Shown one piece after another: positions 24,888-34,214 of a stretch of 57,365 nt of DNA. Source of the DNA: Bacillota bacterium (GTDB taxonomy: Bacteria > Bacillota > Clostridia > Saccharofermentanales > UBA5734). How positions within the stretch are numbered: position 1 is the first letter of the stretch; each line of letters starts with the position of its first letter. The notes below the pieces were generated by a model. That model made no database searches, was not told the origin of the DNA, and saw only the letters and a program-made list of their open reading frames with translations. Both the position numbers and the translations under genes were made by a program. The stretch spans positions 1 to 57,365 of the forward strand of contig JAKPNJ010000156.1 of assembly GCA_029548445.1 (NCBI GenBank), written 5' to 3'.

Positions 24888-26339
24888 ATGGCGATGGGCA
24901 AAACCGTCTCCAGCCTGGCCGCGATGGCGATCGTGTTCTCCTGCCTGCTGGCGGCAGGCGGGCAGGTGTCGGCCTATGAAGACTACAATTACATCCTCGA
25001 TCCGGCCACCGGCCGCAGGATCCCCATGGCCACCGCGTACCAGTCGGCAGGGGTTCGGATCTATTTCGGAGAGGCCACCGGGCCGCTGTCCAATCCCCGG
25101 CACCTGTTCATCGACGGGCAGGACAACCTGTATATTCTCGATACCGGCAACAACCGGATCCTGAAGTTTGACAGGAACTGGAACCTCCTGATGTCGGCCG
25201 GCCCGGACACGGACCTGGGCCTGGATGCCCCCCAGGGCCTGTATGTCGACGAAGACGGCCACCTCTTCATTGCGGATACGGAAAACGGCCGCATCGTCCA
25301 TGCCTCCCCGGAAGGCGCCTTCATCGAGGCCTTCGTGGAGCCCCAGGACAGCCGCTGGAGCCGGGACTACCCGTTCCGTCCCGTGAAGGTGTACCTGGAT
25401 CCCATCGGGCAGATCGTGATGATCAACATGGAGGATTACCACGGATTTGCGATCCTGGACGCGTTCAACAAGTTCAAGGGGTACATCGCGCCGACCCGGC
25501 TCCCCTACAGCTTCGTCGACCGGATCCGGGAGTTCTTCATGACCCCGGAGCAGAAGGAACGCTTCGGCCTTCGGCTCCCGCCGATCCATTCGAACATGGT
25601 GATCGACGCCAAGGGCTCGATCCATACGACCACCATCCGCACCACCGCCCAGCAATACAAGCAGTTTTCCAACATCGGCGTCAATCTCTATCCCTACCAG
25701 GGCGCGTTCGGGGAGTCAGCGGGAGACTACACCCTGGTCCGGTACGGCAAGGATGTGGTCGATCCCCAGTTCGTCGACCTGGCGCTGGATCGCGAGGGCA
25801 TCGTCTACCTGCTGGACAACACCTCCGGCAGGATCTACCAGCATGACCAGGACGGCATGCTCCTGTCCGTGTTCGGCGGGACGGGCCGGTACGCCGGCCG
25901 GTTCATTGACGCCGTTTCCATCGACGCCGACAGCCGGGGGAACCTGTATGTGCTGGACGCGAATTCCGGCTCCGTCCATATGTTCCAACCCACCGCCTTT
26001 ATCCGGAAAGTCAAGGAGGCCCTTCGGCTGTACTACAACGGCGAATACGAGGCGTCGGTCGGGCCCTGGCGCGAGATTCTCGACATCGATTCCGGGTATG
26101 TCGTGGCCCACCTCGGGATGGGGAAGGCCTACATGAAACAGCGCGAGTGGCGCAGTGCCATGGACGAATACCGGGCCGCCGGCGACAGGACGGGGTATTC
26201 GCTGGCCTTTACCGAGCTCCGGAAGGACCTGTTCCGCCGCTATTTCGGCCTGGTCATTCTCGCGGCCGGCCTGGCCCTCTTCGGCCTGGTCCGGCTGCTC
26301 ATCGCTCTCAGGAAAAAACAGGCGGCGCTTTCCATCTAG
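24888..26339 (+). CDS. secreted NHL-repeat beta-propeller protein with TPR-like segment and C-terminal TM anchor
   Basis: Signal peptide MAMGKTVSSLAAMAIVFSCLLAAGGQVSA. NHL-type blades (LFIDGQDNLYILDTGNNRILKF, GLYVDEDGHLFIADTENGRIVH, GIVYLLDNTSGRIYQH, GNLYVLDANSGSVHMF). A TPR-like helix pair (GMGKAYMKQREWRSAMDEYRAA). Terminal TM helix FGLVILAAGLALFGLVRLLIAL. Confidence 0.7.
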   Translation: MAMGKTVSSLAAMAIVFSCLLAAGGQVSAYEDYNYILDPATGRRIPMATAYQSAGVRIYFGEATGPLSNPRHLFIDGQDNLYILDTGNNRILKFDRNWNLLMSAGPDTDLGLDAPQGLYVDEDGHLFIADTENGRIVHASPEGAFIEAFVEPQDSRWSRDYPFRPVKVYLDPIGQIVMINMEDYHGFAILDAFNKFKGYIAPTRLPYSFVDRIREFFMTPEQKERFGLRLPPIHSNMVIDAKGSIHTTTIRTTAQQYKQFSNIGVNLYPYQGAFGESAGDYTLVRYGKDVVDPQFVDLALDREGIVYLLDNTSGRIYQHDQDGMLLSVFGGTGRYAGRFIDAVSIDADSRGNLYVLDANSGSVHMFQPTAFIRKVKEALRLYYNGEYEASVGPWREILDIDSGYVVAHLGMGKAYMKQREWRSAMDEYRAAGDRTGYSLAFTELRKDLFRRYFGLVILAAGLALFGLVRLLIALRKKQAALSI

Positions 26340-26362
26340 CCGATGCCGGCCGGAGGTTCTGG

Positions 26363-27004
26363 ATGAATCCCTACCATATCGCCCTGACGGTCCTGTTCGA
26401 GCCCATGTACGCGTTCCCGCTGATCAAGCGGGACCGGCGCCGGTTCAGCCATCTCGTGAACTTCGCGCTGCTGTTCCTGGTCGTCGCCGTCCGGGTCGCC
26501 TCGATCCTCATCACGCACTATCCGATCTCCGCCGTCGATCCCCAGCAGACCAACATCGGCCGGGAAGTCCTCAACATGATCGTGCCGATCCTGACCTGGT
26601 CCGTCGGCTGCTATCTCGTGACCACCATCCACAGCGGGGAGTCCCTCTCCCGGGAAGTCCTCCAGGGTGTGGCTTTCGCCATGCTGCCCTACATCCTCCT
26701 GACCCTTCCCATCGCCCTGGTGTCGAATCTTTTCTCCCGGACGGATGTCGCCCTCCTGTCGGTTACATTCATCGACCTGGCCACCGGTTTCGTCTGGGCG
26801 TGGGTGATCGTGCTCCAGCTGATCGCCCTGGGCCAGATGAATTCCTACGGGTTCCTGGAGACCCTGGGCGTGGCCCTGGTCAGCCTGTTCACCTGCGTGT
26901 TCCTCTGGGCCGTGCTGGTGCTCGTGTACGTTCTCGGAAGCAATGTGACGGACTTCCTGTTCACGGTGTTCGAGGAGTACCGGCTCTTCTTCTTTGGGGC
27001 ATGA
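26363..27004 (+). CDS. Yip1-family polytopic membrane protein
   Basis: 213 aa. SD GGAGG before ATG 26363. About five TM helices after a short cytoplasmic N-terminus (LIKRDRRRFSH). Architecture and size fit bacterial Yip1-domain proteins. Confidence 0.6.
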   Translation: MNPYHIALTVLFEPMYAFPLIKRDRRRFSHLVNFALLFLVVAVRVASILITHYPISAVDPQQTNIGREVLNMIVPILTWSVGCYLVTTIHSGESLSREVLQGVAFAMLPYILLTLPIALVSNLFSRTDVALLSVTFIDLATGFVWAWVIVLQLIALGQMNSYGFLETLGVALVSLFTCVFLWAVLVLVYVLGSNVTDFLFTVFEEYRLFFFGA

Positions 27005-27051
27005 TCCGGTCCGGGATGGGTCTTGCCTTGGAAAGGCGGGAAAGGAGTCCG

Positions 27052-29748
27052 ATGCGAAACCACCTCGTGTTCCCGATCCTGGCGGCGGTGCTGGCCGTTT
27101 CCCTGCTGGCGGCCTGCAGCGCCGCAGGACCCGTCCCCGACGGCGAGGATGGGGAGTATCCCCATGAGATCGAGTACGGGGCGTTTTCCGCGGACCTGCC
27201 CACCCTGTCGTCCCCGGATGCCGTTGTCCTGCCGGACTACGAACTGGTCGCGGACAACGGGCAGCTCCAGCTCTATTACCAGGCCTACAATACGGCCGAA
27301 AGCCGGGTCGAGTCCGCCATCGCGGTCCGGGACCGGAGAAGCGGACAGGTCTGGTATTCCAGCGTACCGGAAGAGACGTTCTCGGGGGAAGCCCGGGCCG
27401 GTACCTCGCAGCACATCCGCAATTCCATGCGGTCCATGGTGCTCCTGGACTACATCCTCGTATCCAGGGACAATCTTGACGTCAAGACCGACGCCCTGAT
27501 GACCTTCGAGCCCGCGGTTTCCTACCAGCCCGTCCAGGACGGACTGCGGATCCTGTACGAAATGGAAGCCATCGGCGTCCACCTGGTTCTCGAGGTCCGG
27601 ATCGAGGACGACGGGCTGGTGGTCACGGTCCCGCACACGATGATCCGCCAGGAGGTCGGCGCCCGGGATTTCCTGGAGAAGAACCTGGCGTCGATCCTGG
27701 ACTACACGGACCAGGTGGCGGACATGCTGGCGGACTTCCGGTCCGAGCCTTCCCTGCGGGGCGCGGGGTACCGGAGACGGCTATCCGATATCCAGCGGGC
27801 CAATACGCAGCTTGCGACCCTGGCTGCCTCGATCCGGGGACCGACGGGCATATCCGCCATTGCCGATACATTCCGCCAGCTGCTGGTCGAGGCCCTGACG
27901 CTCCTGCGCGGCGGCGTCGGGATGACGGGGTTGAACCAACTCGTCGCCACCGACCGGCGGGTGGACGACGACGTGAAGAAGCGGGTCGCCGATCGCCTGG
28001 AAGACATACACCGGGCGTACCAGAAGGCGAACCTGACGGCCGCGAAGCTGAAGACCTACGAACTGGGTTCGGTCACGGGCCTGCAGGTCCTGCCCTTTTT
28101 TGGAGCGGCCACGGATGCCGAAGACGGGTATGTTTTCTATCCGGACGGATCCGGCGCCATCTCCCGCTTCCGGAAGGACCGCCCGACGGTCTGGAATGAC
28201 GCCTTCAGCGGCCATGTCTATTCGGAGACCTTCGAGCGGAGAACCGTCGATATCGACTGGGAGCGGATCCGCGACCGGGCGGGAATGGGCCGGATCTTCC
28301 TCCCGGTGTATGGCATCCGGAAGGGGATGGATGCCTTCCTGGCCGTCGTGACGCAAGGGGACGCCATTTCAACCATCAACTACCAGCCCAGCGGCTATCT
28401 CGTCGCATTGAACCGGGCCTTCGCCGGCTTTGAAATCCGAAACATCATCGAGTCGGCCGGCACCTCCGGCCTCGCAGGAAGGCGGTTCGAACGGACCAAT
28501 ATCCCGACGGACCTGCAGGTCCGGTTCCTGTTCCTGGACAGGGCGTCAGCGGATTACAGCGGCATGGCGGTCCGGTACCGGACCCACCTCCTGGAGACCG
28601 GCGGACTCGCGGAACCCGATCCCCTGGTCGGGGAGGCGCCCATTACCCTGGACCTGCTGATGGGCATCCGGGAACGGCGGCTCCTGTCCGACCCCTTCAT
28701 TGCCATGACAACCTTCGACCAGGCAGCGGAGCTCCTGGAGTCCCTGCATGACCAGGGAGCAGGCCCCCTCCTGGTCAACCTTCACGGTTGGACGGAGGAG
28801 GGATACGACCGGTATCCTGCCGACAGTTCCCCGGCCAGGGCCCTCGGCGGCGCCCGGGGGCTCCGGAGGCTTTCGGACACGGCGGAGAGAACGGGAGCCA
28901 GGCTGTACCTGCAGGACAACTACCTCGAGGTGTACAGCCGGATTGGCCGGTACCGGCAGGGGGACCTGGCCATGGGATCCGACGGGCGCGACCACCGGAA
29001 CCGGTCCGGCAGCATCTACCTGTTTTCGCCCGCCGTGATCCTGGATCGGTTCCAGCGGGGGATCCTGCCCAGGCTCCGGGACACCGGCGCGGACGGGGTC
29101 ACCTTCGACCGGCTGGGCACCCTCCTGTACCTGGACTACAGGGATGGCCGCGCGTTCCAGAAGGCGGATGCCGCCGATGCCTTCTCGCGGATGCTCTCCG
29201 CCTCCGGCGAGGCCATGGGGTCCTCCGCCACCATCGGCGGCAACGCGTACGTCCTGCCCCATGTCGACTGGATCATGGGCGCACCGGTGGGAGCCACCAA
29301 TTACCTGTACGCCGACGAGGAAATCCCTTTCTACCAGATGGTCATCCATGGGCATGTGACCTATTCGTCCAGCCTGTACAACCAGTTTTTCGACCGGGAA
29401 CTCCAGACCCTCCAGATGATCGAGTACGGCACCAGCCCCTTCTTCCGGCTCACCTGGGCTGCCACGTCGGAACTGAAAAACACAGGGTACGACCTGCTTT
29501 TCTCCTCCGAGATCGGGAAGTGGCAGGACGACATCGTCGCGGTGGCCGACGCCATGCGGAGCGGCCCCGGCGCGCTGGCGGGGGTCCGGATGGTCCATCA
29601 CGAACGGGTGGGACGGGACCAGGTCGTGGTTCGGTATGAAAACGGGACGAAGGTCCTGATCAACTACGGCAGCGAGTCGGCGGTGGTGGACGGCGTGACC
29701 GTCGGGGCCATGTCGTACGGCCTGGTCCAGGGAGGGGACGGAACATGA
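27052..29748 (+). CDS. large DUF5696-like lipoprotein (candidate cryptic glycoside hydrolase)
   Basis: About 898 aa. SD AAAGGAG before ATG 27052. Lipobox LLAAC. An N-terminal beta-rich part, a helical/coiled segment (about 27640-28080), and a C-terminal part with TIM-barrel-GH-like strings (LLVNLHGWTEEGYDRYPA, DTGADGVTFDRLG). The stop overlaps the next start (ATGA 29745-29748). Family name is from memory only. Confidence 0.55.
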   Translation: MRNHLVFPILAAVLAVSLLAACSAAGPVPDGEDGEYPHEIEYGAFSADLPTLSSPDAVVLPDYELVADNGQLQLYYQAYNTAESRVESAIAVRDRRSGQVWYSSVPEETFSGEARAGTSQHIRNSMRSMVLLDYILVSRDNLDVKTDALMTFEPAVSYQPVQDGLRILYEMEAIGVHLVLEVRIEDDGLVVTVPHTMIRQEVGARDFLEKNLASILDYTDQVADMLADFRSEPSLRGAGYRRRLSDIQRANTQLATLAASIRGPTGISAIADTFRQLLVEALTLLRGGVGMTGLNQLVATDRRVDDDVKKRVADRLEDIHRAYQKANLTAAKLKTYELGSVTGLQVLPFFGAATDAEDGYVFYPDGSGAISRFRKDRPTVWNDAFSGHVYSETFERRTVDIDWERIRDRAGMGRIFLPVYGIRKGMDAFLAVVTQGDAISTINYQPSGYLVALNRAFAGFEIRNIIESAGTSGLAGRRFERTNIPTDLQVRFLFLDRASADYSGMAVRYRTHLLETGGLAEPDPLVGEAPITLDLLMGIRERRLLSDPFIAMTTFDQAAELLESLHDQGAGPLLVNLHGWTEEGYDRYPADSSPARALGGARGLRRLSDTAERTGARLYLQDNYLEVYSRIGRYRQGDLAMGSDGRDHRNRSGSIYLFSPAVILDRFQRGILPRLRDTGADGVTFDRLGTLLYLDYRDGRAFQKADAADAFSRMLSASGEAMGSSATIGGNAYVLPHVDWIMGAPVGATNYLYADEEIPFYQMVIHGHVTYSSSLYNQFFDRELQTLQMIEYGTSPFFRLTWAATSELKNTGYDLLFSSEIGKWQDDIVAVADAMRSGPGALAGVRMVHHERVGRDQVVVRYENGTKVLINYGSESAVVDGVTVGAMSYGLVQGGDGT

Positions 29749-30662
29749 AAAGAAGGCGTCGTTTCATGACGATCCAGCGGCGGGACATCCTGTCCGGCTT
29801 CCTGTTCACGAGCCCCTGGTTCATCGGGTTTTTCCTGTTTTTCTTCTATCCGCTGTCCCAGTCCATCCGGCTGGCCTTCTCGAACATCACCGACATCACG
29901 GAGTTCCGCATGGCCTGGACGGGGTTTGACAATTTCGCCAACGCCTTCGCCCGGGACATCCAGTTCTTTCCGCTGCTGCTGGATTCCGTCGGCAACATGC
30001 TGGCCAATACACCCATCGTCGTGGTCTTCTCCCTGTTCATCGCCATCCTGCTGAACCGGGAGATCCGGGGGAAGGGGCTTTTCCGCGTCGCCTTCCTCCT
30101 GCCCGTCCTCCTGGGCACCGGCATCGTCATGCAGACGATCCGGGGCAATTACGGCGTTGTCGACATCAGCTCGCAGATGGGCAGCGCCTCGACGGGTCCT
30201 GGTGGAGCGGAACTGGGCGAGATCGGCATCAACCATTATCTCGTGACCCTGATCGGTCCCGTGGCCGCCGGGTATCTCCAGGCCGTCCTGCGGAAGGTGT
30301 CCGAGATCCTCTGGATGTCCGGCATCCAGATCATCCTGCTGCTGGGATCCCTCCAGACGATTCCCACGCCATATTACGAGGCGGCGCTCTGCGACGGCGC
30401 CAGCGAGTGGGAGAAGTTCTGGAAGGTCACGCTGCCCCTGACCATGCCCACCATCCTCCTCGTGACCGTCTATACCGTCATCGATTCCTTTACCAGTGCG
30501 GACAACGGGGTCATCCGGTATATCACCGGCGTTTCGTTCGCCAATTTCAACCTGGCCTATGGCAGCGCCCTCAGCTGGATGTATTTCCTTCTCGTGGGCA
30601 TCGTCATCCTGGCGGTCTTTGCCATCATGCGGCGCAGGGTGTTCTACATGGGGGAGAAATAG
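29745..30662 (+). CDS. carbohydrate ABC transporter permease (pair B, subunit 1)
   Basis: 305 aa. EAA loop YEAALCDGASEWEKFWKVTLPLTMP. Confidence 0.9.
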   Translation: MKRRRRFMTIQRRDILSGFLFTSPWFIGFFLFFFYPLSQSIRLAFSNITDITEFRMAWTGFDNFANAFARDIQFFPLLLDSVGNMLANTPIVVVFSLFIAILLNREIRGKGLFRVAFLLPVLLGTGIVMQTIRGNYGVVDISSQMGSASTGPGGAELGEIGINHYLVTLIGPVAAGYLQAVLRKVSEILWMSGIQIILLLGSLQTIPTPYYEAALCDGASEWEKFWKVTLPLTMPTILLVTVYTVIDSFTSADNGVIRYITGVSFANFNLAYGSALSWMYFLLVGIVILAVFAIMRRRVFYMGEK

Positions 30663-30664
30663 CG

Positions 30665-31660
30665 ATGGAAATGCGCAAGAACGGATCACCGGGGTCGGGA
30701 AGGGGCGGATGGACCGCAGCCCTGGCGAACCGTGTCCGGGCCGGCGACCTGCAGGAATCAGCCCTGTATGTCGCGGCCAGGAAACGGGTGTCCCGGCTCC
30801 TGGTCAACGCCCTGGTCTATGCCCTGCTGGTGGAGTTCGTATTCGTGTTCGTCTTCCCCTACCTGTACATGGTCATCAACTCCCTGAAGTACGACTTCGA
30901 CATCCGGAGCGCCAATACCCAGTGGATCATCACGCGTTTCAATTTCTACAATTACTCCCAGGCCATCAGCGACCTGCGGTATGTCGAGGGGCTCCTGAAC
31001 AACCTGATGGCGGCTTTCGGGAGCACCCTCGGCCACGTGGCGTCGGCTTCGCTCATCGCGTACGGACTGGCCCGATTCCGTTTCCCGGGGCGGAACCTGG
31101 TGTTTTCCATCGTGATCCTGACCCTGATCATCCCGCCCAACCTGCTGCTGATTCCCATGTACATCCAGTTCGCCCGGATGGGGCAGGCCCTGGGCACAAG
31201 CCTGATCGGCACCCTCTGGCCGATCCTCCTGCCGACGTTTTTCGGATTCGGCCTCAAGGGGGGTCTGTTCATCTTCATCTTCCGCCAGTATTTCAAGGGT
31301 CTCCCCGCATCCTACGAGGAGGCGGCCAAGATCGAAGGGTGCGGCCCGCTCCGGATCTTCCTGACGATCATCCTCCCCCTGTCGAAGACCGGCGTCCTCG
31401 TGGTGGCGATACTTTCCACCATGTGGCACTGGAACGACTACTTCGAACCGATCATCTACCTCAAGGGGCCGTCGACCCTCCTGTTCCAGCGCATCGTCAA
31501 TATCCAGGTGTGGCGGGGCGTCTACACGGCGGCGGGGAATTACATCAATCCCGTGGTCCTGGCCGCCTGCGTCCTCATCACCGCCCCCCTCCTCCTGATC
31601 TATTTCGTGTTCCAGAAGCAGTTCATGAAGGGCATCGAGTTCACCGGCCTGGCCAACTGA
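30665..31660 (+). CDS. carbohydrate ABC transporter permease (pair B, subunit 2)
   Basis: 331 aa. ATG 30665 is 2 nt after the upstream stop. EAA loop EEAAKIEGCGPLRIFLTIILPLSK. Confidence 0.9.
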   Translation: MEMRKNGSPGSGRGGWTAALANRVRAGDLQESALYVAARKRVSRLLVNALVYALLVEFVFVFVFPYLYMVINSLKYDFDIRSANTQWIITRFNFYNYSQAISDLRYVEGLLNNLMAAFGSTLGHVASASLIAYGLARFRFPGRNLVFSIVILTLIIPPNLLLIPMYIQFARMGQALGTSLIGTLWPILLPTFFGFGLKGGLFIFIFRQYFKGLPASYEEAAKIEGCGPLRIFLTIILPLSKTGVLVVAILSTMWHWNDYFEPIIYLKGPSTLLFQRIVNIQVWRGVYTAAGNYINPVVLAACVLITAPLLLIYFVFQKQFMKGIEFTGLAN

Positions 31661-31688
31661 GGAACGCAATCGAGAGGAATGCACCCGA

Positions 31689-34178
31689 ATGGAAACGACA
31701 CGGATCGAATTCCTGCGGAAGCGGCATGACCCCTTCGGCCTTCCCAGGCCGGCCCCCGACGCCCGGGAGGTTCCGGTCGGGACGAGCCTGTATTTCCAAT
31801 TGTGGGTCGTCGGCGACGATACGGACGTCCCGCTGCCCGAGTCCCTATCGGTGGCCCTTCGGGAAGGGGACGGACCTCCCGTTCCCGTTGTTGCGGAGGG
31901 GCAGGCCTGTGTCCCGGGCGTGACAGCCCGGGTGCTCCGTCGACCCCAGCGGGAACCGGGGCGCGGCGTCATTCGGGAGATCCTGGCGGCCTACCTGGAG
32001 CTTGGGAACGGCCTTCGCCCCGAGACCGAGTACACCGTCCTCGTCGAGGCCGTCTCGGGGAAAGGGGCCCGGATGGGGGAAGAGGGGAGCGCCTGGCATT
32101 TCCGGACAGGGGTGTCTCCCCGGGAGGTGGCCGTGGCCGTGGGGCCCGACGCCTTCTCCCGTCCGCCGGTCTTGTGGAAAGGCAGTCTCTTCGGCGGGGT
32201 CGTCAAGCCCGATTTCGGCTTTGGGGACCGCCACGGCCGGGACCGGTCCGCCTATCTCGCAAAGGCCCGGCAGGACCACCCCCGGGCCTGGACGCTGCAC
32301 CGGGATTTCTGGCTGACCGGGTTCGAGAATACGCCGGGCGACCGCTTCCATGCCCTGCCGAACATCGTCCGGGAGAAGGAAACACGGCACATTACCGCCA
32401 TGGAAAGGCAGGAAGACGGCCGGGTGCGCCTTCGGTTGGAGGATTTCCTTGGCCACGCCCAGTACGGGATCCCGGCGGATCGCCCGCTGGGCGAGGATTA
32501 CAGGCCGGGCCATGAGATCCTCGTGGCCGACGGCTTCTCCAGCGCCCGGGCCTTTGTGGAGTCGGTCGACGACGGGACCCGGTCCGTATGGGTCACGCCC
32601 TTCGATGACCCCCCCGGCGGCTGGAAGCTTCCGTACCCGGAACCCGTCCAGGCAACGGAACCGTCGGACCTGCCCGGCCTGTCCCCGGCCGGCGGCGGCT
32701 ACCTGCGCCGGTTCGACCCGGTCGGGACCCCCTGCTTCTACTGGGGACGGCTGGATCATGAATGGGACCTGTCCTGCCAGGCGTTCGGATTCCGGCTTGT
32801 TCCCGGCATCTGCGACGCTCCCGGCGACCTGTCCCTGGACGGACGCAACTGGACCCGGCCCAAGGATTATGTCCAGTTTCACGAGGTGGTCCGGGCCATC
32901 GTCCGCCACCTCGTTGAACGGTACGGGGACGTCACGACCACCTGGACCTGGTCGATCCTGAACGAGCCCGACCTGTCCTTCCTCTTCTGGCGAACCGGCG
33001 ACTGGGTCGACCTCCAGCGTTTCTACGACTATGCCTCCGACGCCGTCCTGAGGACCTTCGAGGACTGCGGATACGACTCCTCGAAGATCCATATCGGCGG
33101 CCTCGAGCTGGCGGGCGTCTCCGGCCTGGACCTGCGGATCGATGCGTTCCTGTCCCATTGCTCCCCCCGGCCCGCAAGCGGACCGGACATCCTGGCCGGC
33201 AACGCCGCCTTCGGGGACCCTCGGCTGGACGGGAAGCGATCCGCCCGGGTGGAGCGCCTGTGCAGCGCCCACCAGGGCCGCGGGGCGCCCCTGGATTTCG
33301 TGTCGGTCCACACATACAACGGTGCCGAGATGGCCGCGGCGAAACTGGTCCACGCCAAGGAGCGGGCCCTGGCCATCGATCCCGAATCCTTTCGGGACCT
33401 CTCGATCCACAATTTCGAATCGGTGCCCACCTGGGTCGAGATTCCCGATCCCGGGGCCGCGGAGGCGTACCTGGACAACGGATATTTCGCCTCCTGGATC
33501 GCCGATGTTGTCCGCCGCCGCCTGCAGCAGGCGGCAGGGGATTCCCGGTTCGCCTTCGGGGAGTCCCTCCTGACCGTGTGGGGCTGGACCAACAAGGGAT
33601 TCGAGTCCCGGAACGATGTCGTCCGGGAGATTCGCGTCGCGGATCGAAGCGGCCAGGGGGAACGGTCGATCCTCGTCCCGATGCAGGCCTTCCACACGGT
33701 CAATCTCCTGTCGGACATGGGGGATTCGTTCCATGTCCTGCCCGTGACGGAAGTCTCCGGGCATGTCGTGTCCGGGTTCGCCTCGACTCCGGGAGATGGC
33801 GGGGAGATCCGGGTCCTGCTGTATGTCCATGACACCGCCGACACCCAGTCCCGATCGGAGGATCTCCTCCGGGTCGATCTCCGGATCCCGGCCGGCGAGG
33901 CCGGGCGCCATCGGGTCACCCGTTATGCCATGGATCGGCGGCACAATTCCCATCACGACCTCGCGCTCCGTTTCGGGGAACGATCCGGCCGGGATCCCTC
34001 GGCTGCGTTCGACGAAGACGAACTGGAAGGCCTGGAAGAGCGAACGGCGCTCCGGGGGGAGACGACCGACGCGATCCCGGAGGCAGACGGGCCCGGTGCC
34101 GGACTGGTGCTGTCCCTCACGGTCCGGCTCCCGGTCAACGGGGTCTGTTGTCTCCATATCCGACCCGTTCGTCAGTAG
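31689..34178 (+). CDS. clan GH-A (GH39-like) glycoside hydrolase candidate with a long N-terminal extension
   Basis: 829 aa. The TIM-barrel signature TWTWSILNEPD (the NEP acid/base motif of clan A) and FVSVHTYN lie in the C-terminal 450 aa. The first 370 aa or so are unassigned. No signal peptide. Confidence 0.5.
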   Translation: METTRIEFLRKRHDPFGLPRPAPDAREVPVGTSLYFQLWVVGDDTDVPLPESLSVALREGDGPPVPVVAEGQACVPGVTARVLRRPQREPGRGVIREILAAYLELGNGLRPETEYTVLVEAVSGKGARMGEEGSAWHFRTGVSPREVAVAVGPDAFSRPPVLWKGSLFGGVVKPDFGFGDRHGRDRSAYLAKARQDHPRAWTLHRDFWLTGFENTPGDRFHALPNIVREKETRHITAMERQEDGRVRLRLEDFLGHAQYGIPADRPLGEDYRPGHEILVADGFSSARAFVESVDDGTRSVWVTPFDDPPGGWKLPYPEPVQATEPSDLPGLSPAGGGYLRRFDPVGTPCFYWGRLDHEWDLSCQAFGFRLVPGICDAPGDLSLDGRNWTRPKDYVQFHEVVRAIVRHLVERYGDVTTTWTWSILNEPDLSFLFWRTGDWVDLQRFYDYASDAVLRTFEDCGYDSSKIHIGGLELAGVSGLDLRIDAFLSHCSPRPASGPDILAGNAAFGDPRLDGKRSARVERLCSAHQGRGAPLDFVSVHTYNGAEMAAAKLVHAKERALAIDPESFRDLSIHNFESVPTWVEIPDPGAAEAYLDNGYFASWIADVVRRRLQQAAGDSRFAFGESLLTVWGWTNKGFESRNDVVREIRVADRSGQGERSILVPMQAFHTVNLLSDMGDSFHVLPVTEVSGHVVSGFASTPGDGGEIRVLLYVHDTADTQSRSEDLLRVDLRIPAGEAGRHRVTRYAMDRRHNSHHDLALRFGERSGRDPSAAFDEDELEGLEERTALRGETTDAIPEADGPGAGLVLSLTVRLPVNGVCCLHIRPVRQ

Positions 34179-34214
34179 GAAGCCCGGCGGGAATCCGGCC
34201 GGCAAGGAGAGAGG

